Shown here: positions 59,881 to 64,000 of the stretch, piece after piece
How the letters are laid out: every line of letters begins with the position of its first letter
Position numbering within the stretch: the first letter of the stretch is position 1
Source of the DNA: Camelus dromedarius
Taxonomy: Eukaryota
Direction of reading: 5' to 3'
Length of the DNA stretch: 64,000 nt
Assembly: GCF_036321535.1 (NCBI RefSeq)
Contig: NC_087436.1
Location: forward strand, 114,330,001 to 114,394,000
Made by a program: the position numbers and the translations under genes
The notes under the pieces: model-generated
Seen by the model: the letters and a program-made list of their open reading frames with translations, nothing else
Databases searched by the model: none
Told to the model about the DNA's origin: nothing

Positions 59881-61714
59881 AGATGCCTCATGACTTGGCA
59901 CATACTGGATAAAAATGTCTTTGGTAGGGAGATGAAAAGAAAAAGAGTAAGGAGGAAAGATGAAAGAAGGAGGGAGATAGAAGCAGCTGTATTCCGAAGC
60001 ACCGCAAGTGTTAGATTGTGGCCATTCAAGTGTACGTGAAAGTTTTTCAAATTGTGCTCTACTAAACGCAGTTTGATGCTCCACTCCTGCCGGAGCCTTG
60101 CAGCACTGGGGGAGATTTTTGGGATGCCACAGTTGTAACGCTTCTGCAGGGAAACTGTTCACCGTTGTCACCATTTCATGGCCCAGAATATTCAGCTCCA
60201 CAACAGACCTCTGGGAGAATATGCTCTGTGTTGTAATTTTCCAAAGGCAACATGATTATAAAACCCAAACAGATGGAAAGACGATAGCAGTGGACAGAGA
60301 AAGCTGTTAGCAGTTTCCATTTGTAGACAAAACCATTATTTTTGAACAGATCGCTGCCAGAATTTGATGAATCTGGTACTCTTTGCACCCTCTGCTTTGC
60401 GGAAAACTCTGAAACTCTGTCAGACTTTGCAAACAGTTGCAGGGTGCTATTTTTGTATATTTGTTTATGTCGAAGGCATTGGCTCACAGAGTTTCACATT
60501 TAGCTTGCTGCTAATCTTGAAACTGCCATTAATGTTCAGTTCCCAACCCTGAAAATTGGACTACAAAATAAATGGCTGTGTGATCATCTTTTATTTAAAA
60601 TATTACTGAATCCCATCACTCTGTGTCAAGGCCTGGCTTGTTTATGAGAGTGCTTGATTACATAATTACACATTAGAAACCATTTGTAAGGAAAATTGAT
60701 TGGTGTACTTTACAGCAAGGTTTTCACCAGAAATAACCCTGTCTCTAGCTGCAGGAGTGGAGGACAAGGTTGGAAATGACACAACTACTTCAGGAGCTTG
60801 TCACCTTCTTGTTTATTTCTCATTACAAAAAGGAGTAATTGCCCAAGGAGCAATGAGGGACAGGACTGTTGGCTTTGAATAACCATGATCCACAAGTCAA
60901 ATTTTCATCAGTATTGTGGGGGCACAAGAAAGAGTGCTCAAGAGGGATTCATGAGGCTCAAGTTTTAGCTTCCACTATGCTGGTAATTTCTAGGCAGTAC
61001 TCAGCCTCCTAAAATCTCCACTCCTGTCAACAAAATGGAAATTCAACAGTAGGTTGCTCAGGCTAAGAGGCAGGCAGTGTCCACACAGATGCAGGGGAGT
61101 TGGGCAGAATCTCTGGCTTGGATGAGCATCACTCCAGACTAGAAGATTGACAGATGGTGAGTGAATGGGTATCACTTGGTGGTCCCTCCTAGACAAGGAT
61201 AGGAGCCTGAAGACCACGCCCACTCAGCTTCCATGCAGCCCCAGGGGTCTCAGATTGAGTCTCTCCACTCCTCTCTATCATGTTTTCCTGTCTCTTCCCC
61301 AGCCTTTGCCACCTTTTTTCCATGACCTCTGCCAATGGGAAAATTTGTTCTGCAAAATACGCATCCAGATCTTTCCGTGGCAAGTGTTTGTAGCCTTTGT
61401 TTCTAATTCTGCCGATTATTTGTATCTTGTTTTACGATCTGGGCGTGAAGAAAGCACACCAGTTAAAACCTCAAAATGTTACCAGTCCAAGGAAATAAAG
61501 TAACAACAGCAACAAAAATAGTAATGATATCTGTCCTTCCAACAGCACTGGATTCTTCTGAGGAACAAATGCCATAAAAGGAGGATTGTCCTAACTATAG
61601 AAGTGCTTATTTGGCTTAAAGGGTTTTGTTAAATTAACTTTTTCTTAGCTTTTTTTTCCCCATTCCTCAGGTAACTTAGATTTGCTGCAGAAAAAGGAAG
61701 GAAATACACATGGC

Positions 61715-61855
61715 AATAGGAGAGAAGAAGGAGGTGGAAATGGAGGAGGAGGAGGAAAAGAATGAGGAAGAGAAAGAGAAAAGGAAAGAGGGAGAAAGTA
61801 AAAGAGAGAGAAAAGAAAAGAGGGGAAGAGGGGAGAGGAAAGGAGAGAAGGGGAA
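61715..61855. repeat. GA-rich polypurine low-complexity tract
   Basis: About 140 bp almost entirely A/G. Confidence 0.85.
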
Positions 61856-61954
61856 CCATTCCCAGCCTCTTCTCATAATTACTGCCTTCGAAGAGAACCC
61901 ATTAACATCTTAGATCCTCTTCTTACATTCTTTCTGTGAATGTACAATAAAAAC

Positions 61955-62260
61955 TTACAGGAGTGGAATCACATTGTAATACTGTACTGTTACCTGAATT
62001 TTTAATTCAACTATATATCATAGGTAACTTCCCGTTCTATAGCATGTTTATTTGCACCACTTTTAAACAGTGGCGTTGTACGTATTCCATTGTATGAATG
62101 CACCGTAATCCATAAACAAGCTGGAAACTTCTTTGTTACTGTACCTGTGCACACGTTCTTATTCCCAGTTACGTGGCATTTTCCTGAGAGTGTTACTGCC
62201 ATAATGAGGGCAAAACACAACAACTGCAAAAAGACCAAAGACTGTCTTGGAAAGTAGACA
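61955..62260 (-). mobile_element. Ancient L1ME 3' fragment
   Basis: 'tggaatcacattgta...gtattccattgtatgaatgcaccgtaat'. Confidence 0.55.
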
Positions 62261-62329
62261 TGTTGAACCAGTTTACAAATGAGACTTTCCTTGTGAGCTC
62301 ACTTGTCTCTTCAGCCAGGTTACGAGGTC

Positions 62330-62480
62330 TTTCAGACTGTTGCTTCCACTTGCTGCATCGTGTTGTGAGCTCCCTGGGCGCAGCTGCGATGCTTTCCTTG
62401 CCTCCCCAATGCCAGCGCCCGTGCTAGGGTCCAACACACAGCATATACCTCAATAAATAATCGTCAGAATGAACTAAACT
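62330..62480 (+). mobile_element. L2 3' tail fragment
   Basis: 'tgtgagctccctggg...ctcaataaataatcgtcagaatgaac'. Confidence 0.6.
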
Positions 62481-62789
62481 AAACCCTTCATATCATCTTG
62501 TGGCCGCAGTTCAGACATCACCTGCTTTTTCCATGAACACACAGCTCGTGTTTCCCGCTGAAGCATTTTAATCATGTCCTCTGGCATTTACCACAATAGA
62601 TTTGCTGTGTCTGCATTTCTCTCTATATATGCTTACTCCCAGCACCTAGCAGAGTCTGGTATAAAATAATCGAATGAGCAGCCAGAGATTGGTTTTTGGT
62701 TTTTGGTTTTATTTTTTTTGTTGTTTTTGTTTTTTTTTTTTTGCAGCTAGCATAAAGTCATATACAATGTTGATACTTTATGAATGCTT

Positions 62790-62866
62790 GCTGAACTGAA
62801 TTGAATTGAAGAATTGAATTGAATTGAGCTGAACTGGTGCTAGGATTTTCAACAGCAGAACTGAAT
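62790..62866. repeat. (GAATT/GAACT)n pentamer repeat
   Basis: 'gaactgaattgaattgaagaattgaattgaattgagctgaactg'. Confidence 0.8.
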
Positions 62867-64000
62867 AAATTTTTCTTTATCTGTAGTTTGAACCTTAATG
62901 ATCTTACTAAAGTCCAATGATGGATGAGCACAGTATGAACTTGTTCCCCATTTCTCACCTCTCAAAACTGAATCTGCTGACTCTTTTCATGCCCCGTTGA
63001 TTTTTTTCCTTCTTAGAAAGAGTAAGGTCAGACATGGTTTACTTGTAGTGATCGCATCGATCTTCATTCTAGAGACACAATTGGATCTTCCCCTTGCAGG
63101 AGATTGTCATTGACTTTTACTTTGGGGAGACACATACTGACTGTGGGATGCTTTGGGGAAAGTCAAGGCTGAGCATTCAAACGTGAGCAGCCCAGTGAGC
63201 TGAAATTTTTACCCAGTAGAGCTGACCCCCACCATCTCATTAGGTGAGCCCTTTCATGTCACTTCCAAAAACAGTTTTATATGAACAGGGTTTTGTACAG
63301 TAGGCAAAGAAATATTAAATTATTTAAACTTTCAAATCAAATAAAAGCTGTGTCCTTTTCAAGCTCACTATTATTATTAGAAGTCATGTAGGGCCTCCTT
63401 GGCAGCATACAGATTCCTCAACTTCTGCCGTCAGAGGACAGAAAAAAAGTAAGGATCAGACCCAGAACACAAGCATAGGGGAAAAGGAGCTCAGAGTCGG
63501 TTGAATTCTCAGCCCTGGCAAGTCTGCTCTGCTTTGGTCTGAGGTCTGATTAGAAAGGAGTGGAGCTCCAAACTGTAGGATGGAAATCTCGGTGTCAATG
63601 CCCTCAGAAATCTTCAGTTTTCAGATTCTCCTGGCCCTGTGGACTTGGAGACATGGCCCATCCCTCCACGTTAAAGCCTGTTTCTCCTCCCCTTGCTCCG
63701 ATATGATGCAGAAGTCTCTCCCTTGCAAAATAAGTTGGCCCCTCCCTTAATCCTAGGTCTGTCTCTGTCTCCCTACCCAGCCACCAGACCAATAACTGGG
63801 GTCAAATCACAGTATCACCCAGCCAAGGAAGTGCTTGGCCTGCAAAGGGAGGAAACGGGCTGTCCTCCGAAGGAGTTGCAGAGCGTGGCCAGCATGTGCC
63901 AGCAGTTTCTGGGTGAATTTGTGCAGGACTAGATCAGAGGGTGCTGGATCAGGGCAGGTGTGGGTGAAACAGAAAGGCAGGTAAAGGAGAATTTATTGAT

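Noticed and set aside
60040..60225. Possible degenerate hAT MITE (MER20B-like)
   Set aside because: Only scattered similarity, too weak to call.
61635..61676. Plus-strand YnCAG|GTAACT recursive-splice-like motif
   Set aside because: There is a competing upstream AG within the tract, a +5 mismatch, and low-complexity sequence next to it.
1..64000. A novel multi-gene system, CRISPR array or operon
   Set aside because: The sequence is mammalian repeat-rich non-coding DNA. There are no long ORFs (maximum 174 aa, a microsatellite), no repeat-spacer arrays and no gene clusters.

Overview
This 64 kb window is repeat-rich eutherian non-coding DNA (intronic or intergenic), not microbial DNA. Two tRNA-derived SINEs matching the camelid vic-1 family (31261-31412, 55611-55735) and artiodactyl-type young L1 3' ends indicate a camelid (camel, alpaca, llama or vicuna). 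I recognise no host protein-coding exon, RNA gene, CRISPR array or CpG-island promoter. The only identifiable peptides in the ORF track are L1 ORF2p C-terminal fragments; the other ORFs are chance ORFs or microsatellite translations. Much of the window is transposon-derived: four relatively young 5'-truncated L1s, older L1M relics, many L2 and MIR fragments, solo LTRs (MLT1, MLT2, LTR16, LTR33, LTR40) and hAT/Tigger MITEs. I found no convincing new biological system. The best leads are a candidate 57-nt minus-strand exon (41047-41103), a diverged ~120-135 bp local duplication (18453-18587 / 19880-19999), a large GAA/TTC triplex tract next to a G4 tract (16228-16660), a strongly AT-to-GC shifted LTR end (29089-29157), and several L1 junction oddities. 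Repeat subfamily names come from remembered consensus sequences, and old-repeat boundaries are approximate (tens of bp).
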